Shown: in pieces, positions 37,814 to 50,769 of the stretch
How the letters are laid out: each line of letters opens with the position of its first letter
Position numbering within the stretch: the stretch's first letter is position 1
Assembly: GCA_964016885.1 (NCBI GenBank)
Contig: OZ024742.1
Coordinates: forward strand, 108,438,001-108,502,000
Length of the DNA: 64,000 bases
Source of the DNA: Eledone cirrhosa
Taxonomy: Eukaryota
Reading direction: 5' to 3'
Notes under the pieces: model-generated
Told to the model about the DNA's origin: nothing
Seen by the model: the letters and a program-made list of their open reading frames with translations, nothing else
The model's database searches: none
Made by a program: the position numbers and the translations under genes

Positions 37814-38319
37814 CAAAGGAAGTGTGGCAAGGAGCCAGATGGACCATAACGCGCCAGAGTACTCGATACTTTGGGTAATAAGAAAATAGTCAGAACCCCG
37901 ACGGCAGAGCTCAAGCCGTTTCGACAGCTATTTCTGGACCCGTCCGTACTATTGGGGTTGTACCCTTTGAGGGTAAGGACCCCATCGTCTCGGTACAATC
38001 CACCGCCGAATGCATGAAACATTTCGGTGAGTTTATGGAGTAAAAATAATCCTATAAGATCGGTCACCTCCGCCGAGTCGGTCGCGTCCATACTGACGTC
38101 AAAAGGAGATTCGGGAGCTCGCTTTATCCAATTGGAGTTACCGAAGAGGAAGACTGTCTTCCTGGCGTGGAAAATGATATTTCTTTCCTGGTCGGTGATG
38201 GGTGTAAGTGTTTTGGCAAAGTCCAAAGCGGCCGTAAGGAGCGGTCGGGTAATAGAGGCGTAGTAGCTCTTTATGTCGAACTGGATGAATTTGGTGTCCC
38301 GAATAGCCGAAGAGTGCAT
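37812..38319 (-). mobile_element. PLE RT fragment (YRDD-type) fused directly to the family C pLTR end
   Basis: FIQFDIKSYYASI...FDVSMDATDSAEVTDLIGLFLL...GGLYRDDGVL, jumping at about 37940 into CCAGAAATAGCTGTCGAAACGGC. Confidence 0.85.
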
Positions 38320-38704
38320 TAAAGTTATATCTGCATATCTACAGAGTGGGTAACCGAGACAGTGGCAATGTGTATATTAATATACACATTTATAATAACT
38401 AGACATGTAAACCTGCCAGAAAATACGAATTTCCCTGTAAATTGAAAAAAGAATAAATACCTTTACACGATTTTTAGACATAGCTGGCTCCTCACCAGAA
38501 GGCATGTATATATATATATCCATCAAACACGCGTTTCCACATGGAAACGGGTGTTTGATGGACATATATATTCATTCATTCGTAGTAGTATTCTCGATTG
38601 GATGTACCAAATTGCATATAGTTAGTGTTCATACTGGTAATTAATTAAAATGAATTTTAAGAAGTGTGCTAAGCCGCTGAAGGGTATGTTAAAGTTATAT
38701 ACAT

Positions 38705-38757
<53 letters not shown>

Positions 38758-38877
38758 TATAGACATAGAATATTCGAAAATATTCTGTATGTTTATAATA
38801 AACATTTTGAAGACCTAATCGCTATAGAATAGAATACGTCACGTATTACAATTAGATTCTCGATAAAAGCAAGGGAA

Positions 38878-38920
38878 GTAATCTACGCGTTTCATTCTTA
38901 TTAGAAATCTTCAGGACTAC
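38878..38920 (-). ncRNA. type I hammerhead ribozyme, tandem unit 1
   Basis: GTAGTC-CTGAAGA-T-TTCT(AATA)AGAA-T-GAAA-CGCG-TA-GATTAC inside a 16-bp outer stem ATTCTCGATAAAAGCA/TGCTTTTATCGAGAAT. Confidence 0.85.
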
Positions 38921-39187
38921 ATATCCAGTGCTTTTATCGAGAATGACACAGCTAGAGACTTATAGAATACTTAGCTGTGTACAGGAACTGGTTTGAAAGA
39001 GCGGTTGCCGGTCCGGCAGAAATTAGAAATTGGAATAAATGCTCTGAAATAGCGATATATATGTGAATATAGACATAGAATATTCGAAAATATTCTGTAT
39101 GTTTATAATAAACATTTTGAAGACCTAATCGCTATAGAATAGAATACGTCACGTATTACAATTAGATTCTCGATAAAAGCAAGGGAA

Positions 39188-39230
39188 GTAATCTACGCGT
39201 TTCATTCTTATTAGAAATCTTCAGGACTAC
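39188..39230 (-). ncRNA. type I hammerhead ribozyme, tandem unit 2
   Basis: same as 38878-38920. Confidence 0.85.
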
Positions 39231-39497
39231 ATATCCAGTGCTTTTATCGAGAATGACACAGCTAGAGACTTATAGAATACTTAGCTGTGTACAGGAACTG
39301 GTTTGAAAGAGCGGTTGCCGGTCCGGCAGAAATTAGAAATTGGAATAAATGCTCTGAAATAGCGATATATATGTGAATATAGACATAGAATATTCGAAAA
39401 TATTCTGTATGTTTATAATAAACATTTTGAAGACCTAATCGCTATAGAATAGAATACGTCACGTATTACAATTAGATTCTCGATAAAAGCAAGGGAA

Positions 39498-39540
39498 GTA
39501 ATCTACGCGTTTCATTCTTATTAGAAATCTTCAGGACTAC
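39498..39540 (-). ncRNA. type I hammerhead ribozyme, tandem unit 3
   Basis: same as 38878-38920. Confidence 0.85.
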
Positions 39541-39733
39541 ATATCCAGTGCTTTTATCGAGAATGACACAGCTAGAGACTTATAGAATACTTAGCTGTGT
39601 ACAGGAACTGGTTTGAAAGAGCGGTTGCCGGTCCGGCAGAAATTAGAAATTGGAATAAATGCTCTGAAATAGCGATATATATGTGAATATAGACATAGAA
39701 TATTCGAAAATATTATAAACATACAGAATATTT

Positions 39734-40530
39734 GTGGGGGCAGGTGTGGCAGCGAGGTCTGAGCGAAGAAGGGAACCGGTGGTAGGGGGTAGGGGGTAGG
39801 GAGTTGCGGACGAGGAGTTTGCGGAGGTTGCGCGCGTGTTTGAAGGCGGGGCGGTGGGGTGGGAAGATTGGGGGTGGAAAAGTCGGACTGAGGGCGGAGG
39901 AAGAAGCGGAGGATGGTGCGGTGGAGGGGTGGTAGCTGAGGGGGAAGGAGAGACGGTGGGTGGCGGCGCGGGGGCGTGGGGTGAGAGCGGTGGAGTGGTG
40001 GACTGCGCGGGTGCGAGTGAGGGCAGCGTGGACAAGGGAGGGGGGAGGGATAACCTCTCCGGATGAAATGGCTGACCAGAGACAGGGCCTCGAAGTCAGG
40101 GCCCAGAGTCTCGAAGTCAGCATCTCGGCTGCAGAGGCGGCGGATCCGGATGAGTTGGGCATAGGAAATGGAGTGTTTGGTGTGTGTAGAGTGGGAGGAG
40201 GTGAAGTCGAGGTAGGAGTGGGAGTCGGTGGGTTTGAAAAAGGTGGAAATGACGAGGGAGTGGTAGGAGGGCTCGATGGCGAGGGAGATATCTAATAAGT
40301 GGACGTGGGAGGTAGAGATAGAGGTGGTGAAGTGGAGGAAGGGGTGGAAGGAGCAGAAGAAGGAGAGAAAGGAGTCGAGCTCTTCTCGGGTGACGGTTGT
40401 GACTCCGATGCACTCGTCGATGTACCGACCGTACAGTTCGGGCGTGGGGCCGGTGTATTGGGCAAAGATTTGGGCCTGAACAAGCCAACGAAAAGTTTGG
40501 CATAGTTGGGGCCCATTCCTGTGCCCATTA
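39734..40530 (-). pseudogene. Neptune-type PLE RT fragment (motif B to Cys linker), GC-rich
   Basis: MGTGMGPNYAKLFVG, YGRYIDEC, LLDISL, FKPTDSHSYLDFTSSH, SISYAQLIRIRRLCS, NLRKLLVR, RPRCHTCP. Confidence 0.85.
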
Positions 40531-40533
40531 TAC

Positions 40534-40716
40534 ATTGGCAGTATCGGTAGAGGGTCGGACGCCATGTTTTTCAGCAAAGAGTTACGGCCCTTTATGGTCT
40601 GAGTTCAAATCCCGCCGAGGTTAACTTTGCCTTTCATCCTTACGGGGTCGATAAAATAAAGTACCAGTAATGTACTGCGATAATTGCTGGCCTTGTGCCA
40701 AAAGTAGAAACAATTA
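40534..40716 (+). mobile_element. tRNA-derived SINE
   Basis: same family as 22249. Confidence 0.9.
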
Positions 40717-41615
40717 TATGTATGTATATATATATACACACGCGCAGACATACACATTCAAAATGTTAATCTAGGATACTATTACAGCCTGTATTTTCTG
40801 GATTATTAACTTAATTATTCCTGTTAGTCTTCCAGTAGTTTCTATATTTTGTTTTATTTCTCATTTTCACTTTTAATTTATTAGACATACATTCTTTATA
40901 ATCCAAAATAGTTCACCATAACTATGGTGTCGGCGTATTTGTGTGTAATTCAAAGAAACAGCTGTTTGGAGAATGACTGTGTTGATGTTTATCGAATTAA
41001 CTGAAACATGATTTTGATAGTCAATTCTGTATCAACTCATAATAAATGAAAATAGAAAGCATTAGCAAGTTCATACAGATATATAATATAATCCTAGTTC
41101 TTGAGAAGTTTACTACTGTATTTCTTTCTGTATTATATGATTTGAAGATAATACGACCCCTGTTTCTGAAGCTAAAAATTAATAAGATAAGAAAAATTAC
41201 GCCCCCGTGTATAATACAACTCCGGAGTATAGCTGTATATATACACAGTGGCGGAATGGCCAGGTTGCCTGGTTGCCCAATGGTATTGCAGGACCCACTG
41301 TAGTATTTTATAGGCCAATGCTTTGCTTTCAAAAAATACCTGAAGTCTAAGAGAAAGATTAAATTAAAAAATAAATAAATAAATAGAACAATTAAGCAAA
41401 GCATTTGGTCAACCACTTCCCCAGGGAATTAATAGAAACCAAAATATATGATAGTGCAAATAGCTGGAATCTGTGGTTGTACATTCTACTAAATCTAAAG
41501 TTTAATGTATTCATTCATGCATGCAAACATACATATATAGACACACACATACAAGCATATATATATATATACCAAGATATTAAATAAATGGAAACTATAT
41601 TTATAAAACCATATT

Positions 41616-41680
41616 TATTTTATTATATATATTTCAAGGGCAACCAAGGCAACCTTGGTGCGCTTTCATCAGATAAAATA
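41616..41680 (-). ncRNA. type I hammerhead ribozyme (family D)
   Basis: TATTTTAT-CTGATGA-AAGCGCACCAAGG(TTG)CCTTGGTTGCCCTT-GAAA-TATATA-TA-ATAAAATA; 8-bp stem I. Confidence 0.88.
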
Positions 41681-41874
41681 CAAAGTGTATTTTATAAATA
41701 AAAGACATATCCATGATAATCAAACCTTATCGGTCGGAAATTCACTGTATATATATATATATGTGGGTTAAGACCATCTTCCTGCTATATCAAGCGTTAA
41801 CCAAATATATACCTTCCATATACTGTACCGATTGTGTTGTTATTTCTCTTTATCTTTTATATATATATATTTAT

Positions 41875-42342
41875 ATTAGAATTGGTGCTCTGAAATAGCG
41901 ATATATATATACTAATGTATATATAGTGTATTTTGCAATACAATGTATGCTTAATTAAAAGCATTTCGAAGACCTTACGCTATTGTTTTAGAGTAGTGAC
42001 AGTCTCACTTACTTTAATGTTCAGCAAACAGGGAGATAAAGCTGACAGATCCCTGTTTCGCACTTTTTGGTGCTTATAAAAGCTAACTACTCTACCTGTT
42101 TGCTGAAAATCATAAATGTTTGATTCTTATAGAATTCTAGTAATAATCAGGAACTGATTATACAGAGCGGTTGCAGGTCATGCAGAAATTGAAAATTAAA
42201 ATTGGTGCTCTGAAATATATACATTCATATATATATCGCTATTTCAGAGCACCAATTCTAATTTTCAATTTATGCTTGACCGGCAACCGCTCTGTATAAT
42301 CAGTTCCTGATTATTACTAGAATTCTATAAGAATCAAACATT
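41875..42342 (-). mobile_element. retrozyme-like unit of about 321 bp with terminal redundancy and an inverted partial copy; hammerhead at 42040-42084 with mutated core
   Basis: ATTGGTGCTCTGAAATA at both unit ends; minus strand AGCT-TTTATAA-GCAC(CAAAAA)GTGC-GAAA-CAG(GGAT)CTG-TC-AGCT. Confidence 0.8.
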
Positions 42343-42552
42343 CTAGAATCAAACATACATGAAGTCATAATAATAAATAAATAAATAAATAAATAAAAGC
42401 AAAAAATAATTAAAGTCAAATATAAAAATAAAAAATGAAAAAATAGCACTTTGACAACGATACGAGAGAGGAAAAAAACAAATAAAAATAAACAAATACA
42501 CGTGGTAAGCAATTGCACAAAAAAATAAATAAATATATATACACACACACAC

Positions 42553-42967
42553 CATTGTGTATGAGGCCAAATTGACACCGTTGATTAACAACCAGCCAGC
42601 CAGGAGTGAACGATATGTTGGTATGATTCAGGACAGGTTCAAAACCAGGTATTATGCACATGTCGCTTCTTTTAAACACCCTGAAAAAAGAACAGCAACG
42701 GCTCTCGCAAATAAAGTGTGGGAATTCAAAGACAAAAATATTCTGTATACTATCGATTGGTCTATTTTAGACCATTCAAGAGAATACCAAAGGGGCATAA
42801 CAAATTGTTCTTTGTGCACCACGGAAAAATTTAGAATTCTCCAAAATTTGAAAGCCACCTCCACTTGCCTTAACTCAAAGACCGAGATCTTCAGATGTTG
42901 TCCTCACCTGAAATCGCATCTACTTTGTAACTGGATTGACATTCCTACGATGACTCAACCACCTTGA
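42553..42967 (+). pseudogene. PLE GIY-YIG endonuclease fragment
   Basis: IVYEAKL...RYVGM...FKTRYYAH..SF...TALANKVW...IDWSIL...CSLCTTEK...LNSKTEIFRCCPH. Confidence 0.85.
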
Positions 42968-43152
42968 ACGTCTTCTTTACTCATTACGCCTGACATCCAC
43001 TACGATTATCATTACTCTCTGAACTCACATTCTTTACCCATATATTCTTTTTCTCCCTCATCTCCTCTTATATTTTTTTCCCCTATGATATTTATATTTA
43101 TGTTGACTTATATTCCCCCATACTTTCTATCTTACCCTTTACACACCCACCT

Positions 43153-43223
<71 letters not shown>

Positions 43224-43225
43224 GT

Positions 43226-43432
43226 TATTGACAAATGGAAACTATATTTATAAAACCATATTTATTTCATTATACATATTTCAAGGACACCAAGTTAAAT
43301 ATGATGTGCTTTGATCAGATAAAATATAATATTTTATCTGATGAAAGCACACCATAATTTAATTTGGTATCCTTGAAATATTTTTTCATGAAATAAATAT
43401 GGTTTTATAAATATAGTTTCCATTTGTCAATA
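43226..43432. repeat. fold-back pair of family D pLTR ends with two opposed hammerheads (about 43263-43326 minus, degenerate; 43330-43394 plus)
   Basis: centre ...CAGATAAAATATAATATTTTATCTGATGA...; arms match 30173-30380. Confidence 0.8.
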
Positions 43433-43522
43433 TCGTATTTTTACTCCAATTATTTGTTGAGTGCTTTATATCAGTTATAAAGATATTTGCTTGTTGTATC
43501 CCAACAATTTAAATAGAACTTT

Positions 43523-43592
<70 letters not shown>

Positions 43593-43637
43593 GTGACGAA
43601 ACATAAGTCAATTGCATGAACTCATAATCCTTTATTT

Positions 43638-43693
43638 ACTGCTATATATATTTCGATGATAGCCATTGAATGGCTATAACCTCATCAGGCAGT
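43638..43693 (-). ncRNA. type I hammerhead ribozyme, 3' pLTR
   Basis: ACTGC-CTGATGA-GGTTATAGCCATT(C)AATGGCTATCATC-GAAA-TATATA-TA-GCAGT. Confidence 0.88.
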
Positions 43694-44100
43694 TAGTCAG
43701 TTCTTAGATATGCCAGCTCTGTGTGTATAGAATACACACACACACACAAAGTATATACACACGTAAAACATACATATATATATATAAAAAAATACACACA
43801 CACATACACACATATATATATATAAAATATATACATACAGATACGCACACATATATAAAAAATACGCATACATACACATATAAAATACACATATATATAC
43901 ACATGATACATATATACATATATATATAAAATCAGGTTCAATAAAACATTATTTAGATGAGTCCTAACCAGTAGAGGATCCGGTGGACTATCCACCATAG
44001 GGACCGCAAACCATGGGTGGTTGTTGTTGTCCATTGGTCATTGGTACGGGGTGTAGGGGACCTACCGGGGGGGGGGCTTGTGGGAGGCCGTAACCGGGGT

Positions 44101-46267
44101 TTATCCATATAGTTTGAGGAAAGTTCCCATCCTTAGGTGTCTGCAGGCACCGAATAAGTGAGCCCTTCTCTTTAATAGCTTGGTTCCGCCATGAAGATTC
44201 TCGAGTATCTCACTAAGACAGAGGTTGCAAATACCAGACCCGCCTCTGTCTGGGGGAACCTTTCTAACCACGGACCAGACCAGAGAGTGCAGGGTCTTTT
44301 CAAGTTTGAGCTTCCAGATCAATTCAGAAAGGGCCGTACATTTCCTCTCATCTATTCTGTTAAAGGAATGGCGATGGTTATACCACCGAGCTTTGAAGCT
44401 TGTCGCTGTGGATCCTATGTAGTGGTGCTCCGAGTTAGGGGTTGTGACCTTGCACCTGTAGACCACGTTTTTGGTCATGCATTCATTACTAAGGGGGTAT
44501 AGTGACGGGTCTCGGTTGGTGTCACTTGGGTGTGCGGAGCGGTCACTATTATGAGGGTTATATAGGCCCAACATGGGGCTATAAACCTGCGAGGTGCGGC
44601 CTCCCTGCTCAATTAGGATTCAGCGGGTGGAGGGGTGCCTATGCTCCGCAGCACAGTGGTCTTCTGCGTTGTAGGTATTAGACCGGTGGCGTATGCGGAA
44701 CCTTCTACCAGCTGTGGTGACGAATAGGGGTCTGGGAGTGTTACTACCAGTCACCGAGGTATTAGGTGGGCAACTCATGCCCCTGAGGGTATTGGTCCGG
44801 GGTACCCTTGGGTCATCTAGATCATGTCCCTTAGGGTTATAGCTGATCCTATCGCTGTGGGACGCCTTAGCTAGAGCTGAGTTATAGTAGTCAGCGTTAC
44901 TATTGAAGATCTCCACATTGGCTGACAAGTTAGAGATCCTGTCAGAGACACTCTTAACTACGGCCTTAACTATATATCTAGGGTGGTTAGACTCAGCTTT
45001 ATATACACCAGCTTCTCATTGGGGTTATGATATGGGTGGTGTAGCTTGGTGTTGAGGTTGAGGGTGGCGTCCAGGAAATTCACTACTTTTCTATTGGGTT
45101 CCATCTCTACCTTAAGTCCTACCTTGCTAAAGAAGTGCCTAATTCTCCTCTTCATATTTTCGACCATTGTGGTGCTGTGGTCGACTACGGTGAAGAGTGC
45201 GTCGTCTCGGTACAGCCCGCCGCCCAGGTTGGGTATTTCTCTCCTGATCTCGTAGAGTATGTATATCCCAACCAAGTCCGTTAACTGCGCGGAGTCACTA
45301 GAGCCCATTGTAATGTCAAAATTATTTGGCCAGTCGCTCCGGTTCCATATATCCCCACCGGATCGGATCAGGGTCTTTCTGGCGGCGTGTATGATTCAGA
45401 TCTCGTCGCGTGTTAGGTCTGTCCTATTCATCGCGAATATGAGTGCCTTGTTCAGGACTATGGGCGAGATAGAGGAGTAGTAATTATTGATGTCTAGTTG
45501 TATGAAGCTAGTCCTATGTTTTTCAGGTAAAAATGTAAACCAGTCCAGCACCTAAGTGGTGCAGGACCAGAGTTGTAACCTTATTTTACTCTTAAGTGTG
45601 GGCAGGATTCTATCTAAAATGTTTTTGCTAATAATCCCCATGTCCGACCTGGAGGGGGCTATCAGTCTGACCGGCAGGTTAGACTCAAAGTTTGGTTTGT
45701 GGTCCTTAATGGTAATCTCCGGCTTCCTTGGTTGGTATGGAGCCGTCCTATCATCTATACCAAGACCAGAAACGATCTCATAAGCCTTGATGTTGTTACA
45801 TTCCAGGGTGGCCTCGGGCGTTTTTTGTAGCTTTTTCTCAATTTCCTGAGGATTAGCTCATAGTAAAGTTGAACGTCCATGCTGTAAAGGTTGTTGGTTT
45901 TGTCGGCATAGACGAGTATTCCTGTAGATTCCTTAAGCTCGGTAATTCCCTTTTCCAGTCGTCTAAGGTACTCTCGACCCCGGTATGGTTGGTCGGAAAA
46001 TTTGATGTTGGAAATGATGCCAATCATTTCGTTCTCAAACTCCTCCCATAGTCTGTTGTGGGGAGGGGGGGGGGGTCTTCTTGATCTGAAGAGGCACTCC
46101 ATGGTTTTTTGGTTATTAATATTGGGGTTTCCTCTATCAAAGTGGTAAGCCCTCCACCTCATCCTGCGTATTAGGGAGTCAGTACTCTTAGTGATATTCC
46201 TTGTGTTATCTCTTTTACCCGGTAATGGGATGTCCTTCAGTGATGCCAGAGTGGTGAGTTTATTCAT
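44101..46267 (-). pseudogene. PLE polyprotein: RT (YRDD-type) plus GIY-YIG, several frameshifts and stops
   Basis: SLKDIPLP...LIRRMRWRAYHF, VYADKTNNLY, MGSSDSAQLTDLVG, GGLYRDDAL, VNFLDATLNL, NVVYRCKV...HYIGSTATSFKARWYNH...CNLCLSE...CRH. Confidence 0.92.
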
Positions 46268-46456
46268 ATTGGCTGCGGTCCGCTACTGTATGAAGCGCTC
46301 AACAAGGTGTGGAGCATGGGGTAAGCAAGAAAGTAAGTGTTGGTAAAATCCAGTACTTCGGTATGCGGATAGGGAGCACTTAACGAAGATATAAGTTTCG
46401 GCGTTATAATAGTGACGAAACATAAGTCAATTGCATGAACTCATAATCCTTTATTT

Positions 46457-46512
46457 ACTGCTATATATATTTCGATGATAGCTATTGAATGGCTATGACC
46501 TCATCAGGCAGT
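46457..46512 (-). ncRNA. type I hammerhead ribozyme, 5' pLTR
   Basis: same as 4251-4306. Confidence 0.88.
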
Positions 46513-47402
46513 TAGTCAGTTCTTAGATATGCCAGCTCTGTGTGTTGATGGTATCAGAGCCTTGGGACATATGAGCTTGTTAGGAATATTTTGATGTTGT
46601 CAGCAGGGATAGTCTTGTTTCTCATTGGTCAGTTTGTAGATGGTAGTAGGTTGCTATTTGACCTCAAAGAGGCAGGTGTTATACTTTGGGAGGGTCATGT
46701 TGCCAATAAGAAACACATGCACCAGTTGCTTTCACTCCAATTTATTATAAATTAAATTTATAAATTTAAGAATTTATAAATTTCCGGTTGGTTGGTTGGT
46801 TCCATAACCGGACGGTTGTTTATATATTGTCAAAGTTCTGTCGTCACACATTCTGTGACCTCTTCAGTGACTGGGGATTCTTTTCTTTGTTTTTGTGCCT
46901 CTCCTTTGTTCTGTCCTACGCCATCTTGTTTTTGAAACAAGATGGCGTAGGACATACCAATATATGTGTGTGCGTGCGTATGTACTTATACATATGCGTA
47001 TGTTTGTATGTGTGTATGCATATTTTTATATATGGGTATATATAAGTATGTGTGTATGTGGTTGTATGTTTTTTCTCATGTGTATGAGTTTGTTTATTTT
47101 ATACCTTTATTTGTTTCCATGCATGTTTTTACGGTATTGGTTGTGTGTATGCGGTGATTATAGGCCTTTATTTTCTGTCTGTATAGTATTTTGTATGTGT
47201 ATGTATATGTGTGTATTTGTGTGTGAATATATATATATATATATATTTATTGATATATGTATATACACCTACATTTGTGTATATGTCCCTATACGTGTGG
47301 TTGAGTGTATGTGCGTGCGTATATGTGTGTGTATGTATGTGAGTATGTATATGTGTGTATATGTGTGTGATATTTTAGCAGTGATTTGGTTATCGTATTT
47401 GA

Positions 47403-47483
47403 GCTCTACTGATGAACGATTCCAAACGTGACTAACCCCACTGAAAAGTTTCGTGAAATAGTCTTTTTAAGACTATATAGAGC
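47403..47483 (+). ncRNA. type I hammerhead ribozyme with a true hairpin stem III
   Basis: GCTCTA-CTGATGA-ACGA(31 nt)TCGT-GAAA-TAGTCTT(TTT)AAGACTA-TA-TAGAGC. Confidence 0.88.
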
Positions 47484-47724
47484 ATTTGTAGATTTTTCCA
47501 AATTGAAGGATAAGTATTAACCCTTGATTTTATTCTGAGTTAAGACTCTATTGGTTTTTCCCTGGATTTCACAAAATCTGTGGATAAAATTTCTGTCATG
47601 ACTTTTTTTGAATTGAGATTGAATTATTTTCCCATATCTTACGTTAAATATTTTCCATCTTGACGTTAAAGTCACTTATATATTATGAATTACTGTTGGC
47701 TTCTTGCTCACATTAATTTCTCTA

Positions 47725-47871
47725 CATGCTTTCCAGCATAGTTACGTCCCTTTATGATCTGCGTTCAAATCCCGCCGAGGTTGACTTTGCCTTTCATCCT
47801 TACGGGGTCGATAAAATAAAGTACCAGTAATGCACTGGGTAATTGCTGGCCTTGTGCCTAAAGTAGAAACA
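47725..47871 (+). mobile_element. tRNA-derived SINE, 5'-truncated, TSD ATTAATTTCTCTA
   Basis: 13-bp flanking direct repeat. Confidence 0.9.
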
Positions 47872-47889
47872 ATTAATTTCTCTATTTTC

Positions 47890-47964
<75 letters not shown>

Positions 47965-49092
47965 GGTATCCACAGTAAGTTGTGCGGTCTATTCTGCATG
48001 AAGAACTCGATGTAATCCATATGTTGAAAATGTTGTAGGTTAAGATAAATCTCGGAAAACAATAAAACATTAAAAGGAAAACAGAGTCATGATATAAGTT
48101 AAAACAATGAAATAAAAAATCAAGTCATTAGAGATATACTTCACTGCTTTACGATCGTTTTTAGATGATGATAATACATTGTAGCTATACTCAGTTATTG
48201 ATCTATGTAAGGTTAGTTACAAACTATCAGATAAAGAGAATATTTACTTACATGCATATCACCAGCTGTTTTCAAAAGCAATAATAATTGTATTCAATAA
48301 TAATTTTATTCAGAATTAGTAGTATGTTAGTATCATGTCCTTATTTGGAGGTAGTTGAAGATCTAACGAATCAAATTGTTTTTTTCATATGGTGTTAAGA
48401 TGAAAAGTAATATACTTTAGTTGAGGTCATGACCCTTTGAAAGGAATGGTTGAAGGGTGTTAGTAGTAGAATTGGCATAAAAATCTATTAGGAGGAAAGG
48501 GATTGTCAAACTGATAGTTGAATGTATCTGGTATAGTGAATTTAAAAAGAATGTCAAAATAAATGGTGATTAGTGTCGTATTGAGTTTTATGGTGAATAT
48601 AAATTAAGGTTATGGCTAGGAGAGATAGTATATTAAAAGATGAAAATTATAATAAGATAATGAAATACAGTAATGAGATAATATACAACTTAACCAACAC
48701 AATATAGTACTGTGTGGTAAATTGCATTTAGTATAATATAGCATATGATACGCTCTAAAATACTATCAAGTATGTTTATGCATAAATAATCAAACTCAGA
48801 TAAATACATGTTGGCATAGTTAAGACACATAAATGTCATAGATTACAAAGTGCATATATCCACACTATATAGGGAGAGAGAGGTACAGTAAAATTGATAT
48901 CCAACCAAAAATATACATACGCACAAATAGATGCAAATCTAAATACACATTTACACGTATGCATATAATCATATACATACATATCTATACATATCTATAT
49001 CCACACATACACATCTATACCCACATATATACATATATATATACACACACACTCATACATACATACATATATATACACACACACACACACAT

Positions 49093-49167
<75 letters not shown>

Positions 49168-49308
49168 CATATATACATATATATACACACACACACACAC
49201 ACATATATATACACATGTGTGAGTATATGTACACTCCTATACATGTGCACATACTCATATATAAACACGCATACACCTATACTCACATATACACACACAC
49301 AAACACAC

Positions 49309-49411
<103 letters not shown>

Positions 49412-49567
49412 TTGGAGCTCTGAAATAGCAATATATATATGGATGTATATATAATGTATTTTGCAATACACTTTATGCTTAATTAAAAGCATTTTGAAGA
49501 CCGTAAGCTATTGTTTTAAAGTAGTGACAAATTCACTTACTTTGATCTCAGCAAACAGGGGAGATAA

Positions 49568-49609
49568 GCCGACAAGTCTTGTTTCGCTTTGGTTGAAGCT
49601 TATCAAGGC
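49568..49609 (-). ncRNA. hammerhead ribozyme with U3-A8 variant core
   Basis: GCC-TTGATAA-GCTT(CAACCA)AAGC-GAAA-CAA(GAC)TTG-TC-GGC. Confidence 0.8.
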
Positions 49610-49927
49610 CAACTACCCCTCCTGTCTACCGAGATCATTGATGTTATATTCTTATAGAAATCTAGTAAATAATCAGGAGCTGATTATGCAGAGCGGTTGT
49701 TGGTCAGGCAGAAATTAAAAATTAGAATTGGAGCTCTGAAATAGCAATATATATATGGATGTATATATAATGTATTTTGCAATACACTTTATGCACTTCA
49801 GAGCTCCAATTCTAATTTTTAATTTCTGCCTGACCAACAACCGCTCTGCATAATCAGCTCCTGATTATTTACTAGATTTCTATAAGGATATAACATCAAT
49901 GATCACGGTAGACAGAAGGGGTAGTTG

Positions 49928-49969
49928 GCCTTGATAAGCTTCAACCAAAGCGAAACAAGACTTGTCGGC
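49928..49969 (+). ncRNA. hammerhead ribozyme with U3-A8 variant core (inverted copy)
   Basis: GCCTTGATAAGCTTCAACCAAAGCGAAACAAGACTTGTCGGC read directly on the + strand. Confidence 0.8.
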
Positions 49970-50643
49970 TTATCTCCCCTGCTTGCTGAGATCAAAGTAA
50001 GTGAATTTGTCACTACTTTAAAACAATAGCTTACGGTCTTCAAAATGCTTTTAATTAAGCATAAAGTGTATTGCAAAATACATTATATATACATCCATAT
50101 ATATATATATATATACATACACATACACACATACATATACAAGTATATATATATACACATATACACATACATAAATACATATACACACATATATATATAT
50201 ATATACACGCACATAAATATATTTCCAAAACATATATAGATATATATTTACTCATGCAATTACGGGTGGTTGTGTTTTCTTGTTGCCTTTAGTCCTTAAC
50301 GCATAAATCTAAGGAATCTAAAACATTAAAAGGCAAAAAATAAGCATGAATGCATATAATTAGGGGAAAGAGGTACTAATAAATGTTACTCTATATGGAA
50401 TTATAGTGAGTTGCTATTTAGAATATTTAATTAGGTTTATAGTATTTAATTAGGTTTATAGTATTTAAATGTTTTTCGTATACGGTGATTACAAACTATG
50501 ATCAATTCCCGTCTTTTATTTAATAAATCGTCCTTAGATTTAGTAATTTCCAAATAGCTACAATGTATTATCATCATCTAGAAACGATCGTAAAGCAGTG
50601 AAGTCTATCTCTAATGACTTGATTTTTCATTTCATTGTTTTAA

Positions 50644-50718
<75 letters not shown>

Positions 50719-50769
50719 TTGCGGAGTATTGCTTAAAGCTTTCTCTGTTAATGTATTAAATATATATAT

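Larger units (their letters stand above)
38754..39715 (-). mobile_element. tandem array of three apparently identical 310-bp non-coding units, one hammerhead each (retrozyme-like)
   Basis: GAATATAGACATAGAATATTCG recurs at 38755, 39065, 39375 and 39685; the array abuts (TA)n at left and a 22-bp inversion at right. Confidence 0.9.
43592..46545 (-). mobile_element. near full-length Penelope-like element (family A) with direct pLTRs
   Basis: 135-bp direct repeats 43592-43726 and 46411-46545, each with a hammerhead; RT-GIY-YIG ORF between them; 3' end in (TA)n. Confidence 0.92.

Noticed and set aside
41021-41416. 131-aa minus-strand ORF
   Set aside because: Low-complexity AT-rich translation with no recognisable motif; it spans a short CAGTGG...CCACTG inverted repeat.
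30571-46267. Naiad-type (N-terminal endonuclease) or selenoprotein-encoding PLEs
   Set aside because: Where domain order is visible the GIY-YIG is C-terminal, and disruptions are frameshifts and mixed stop codons, not in-frame TGA at Cys positions.
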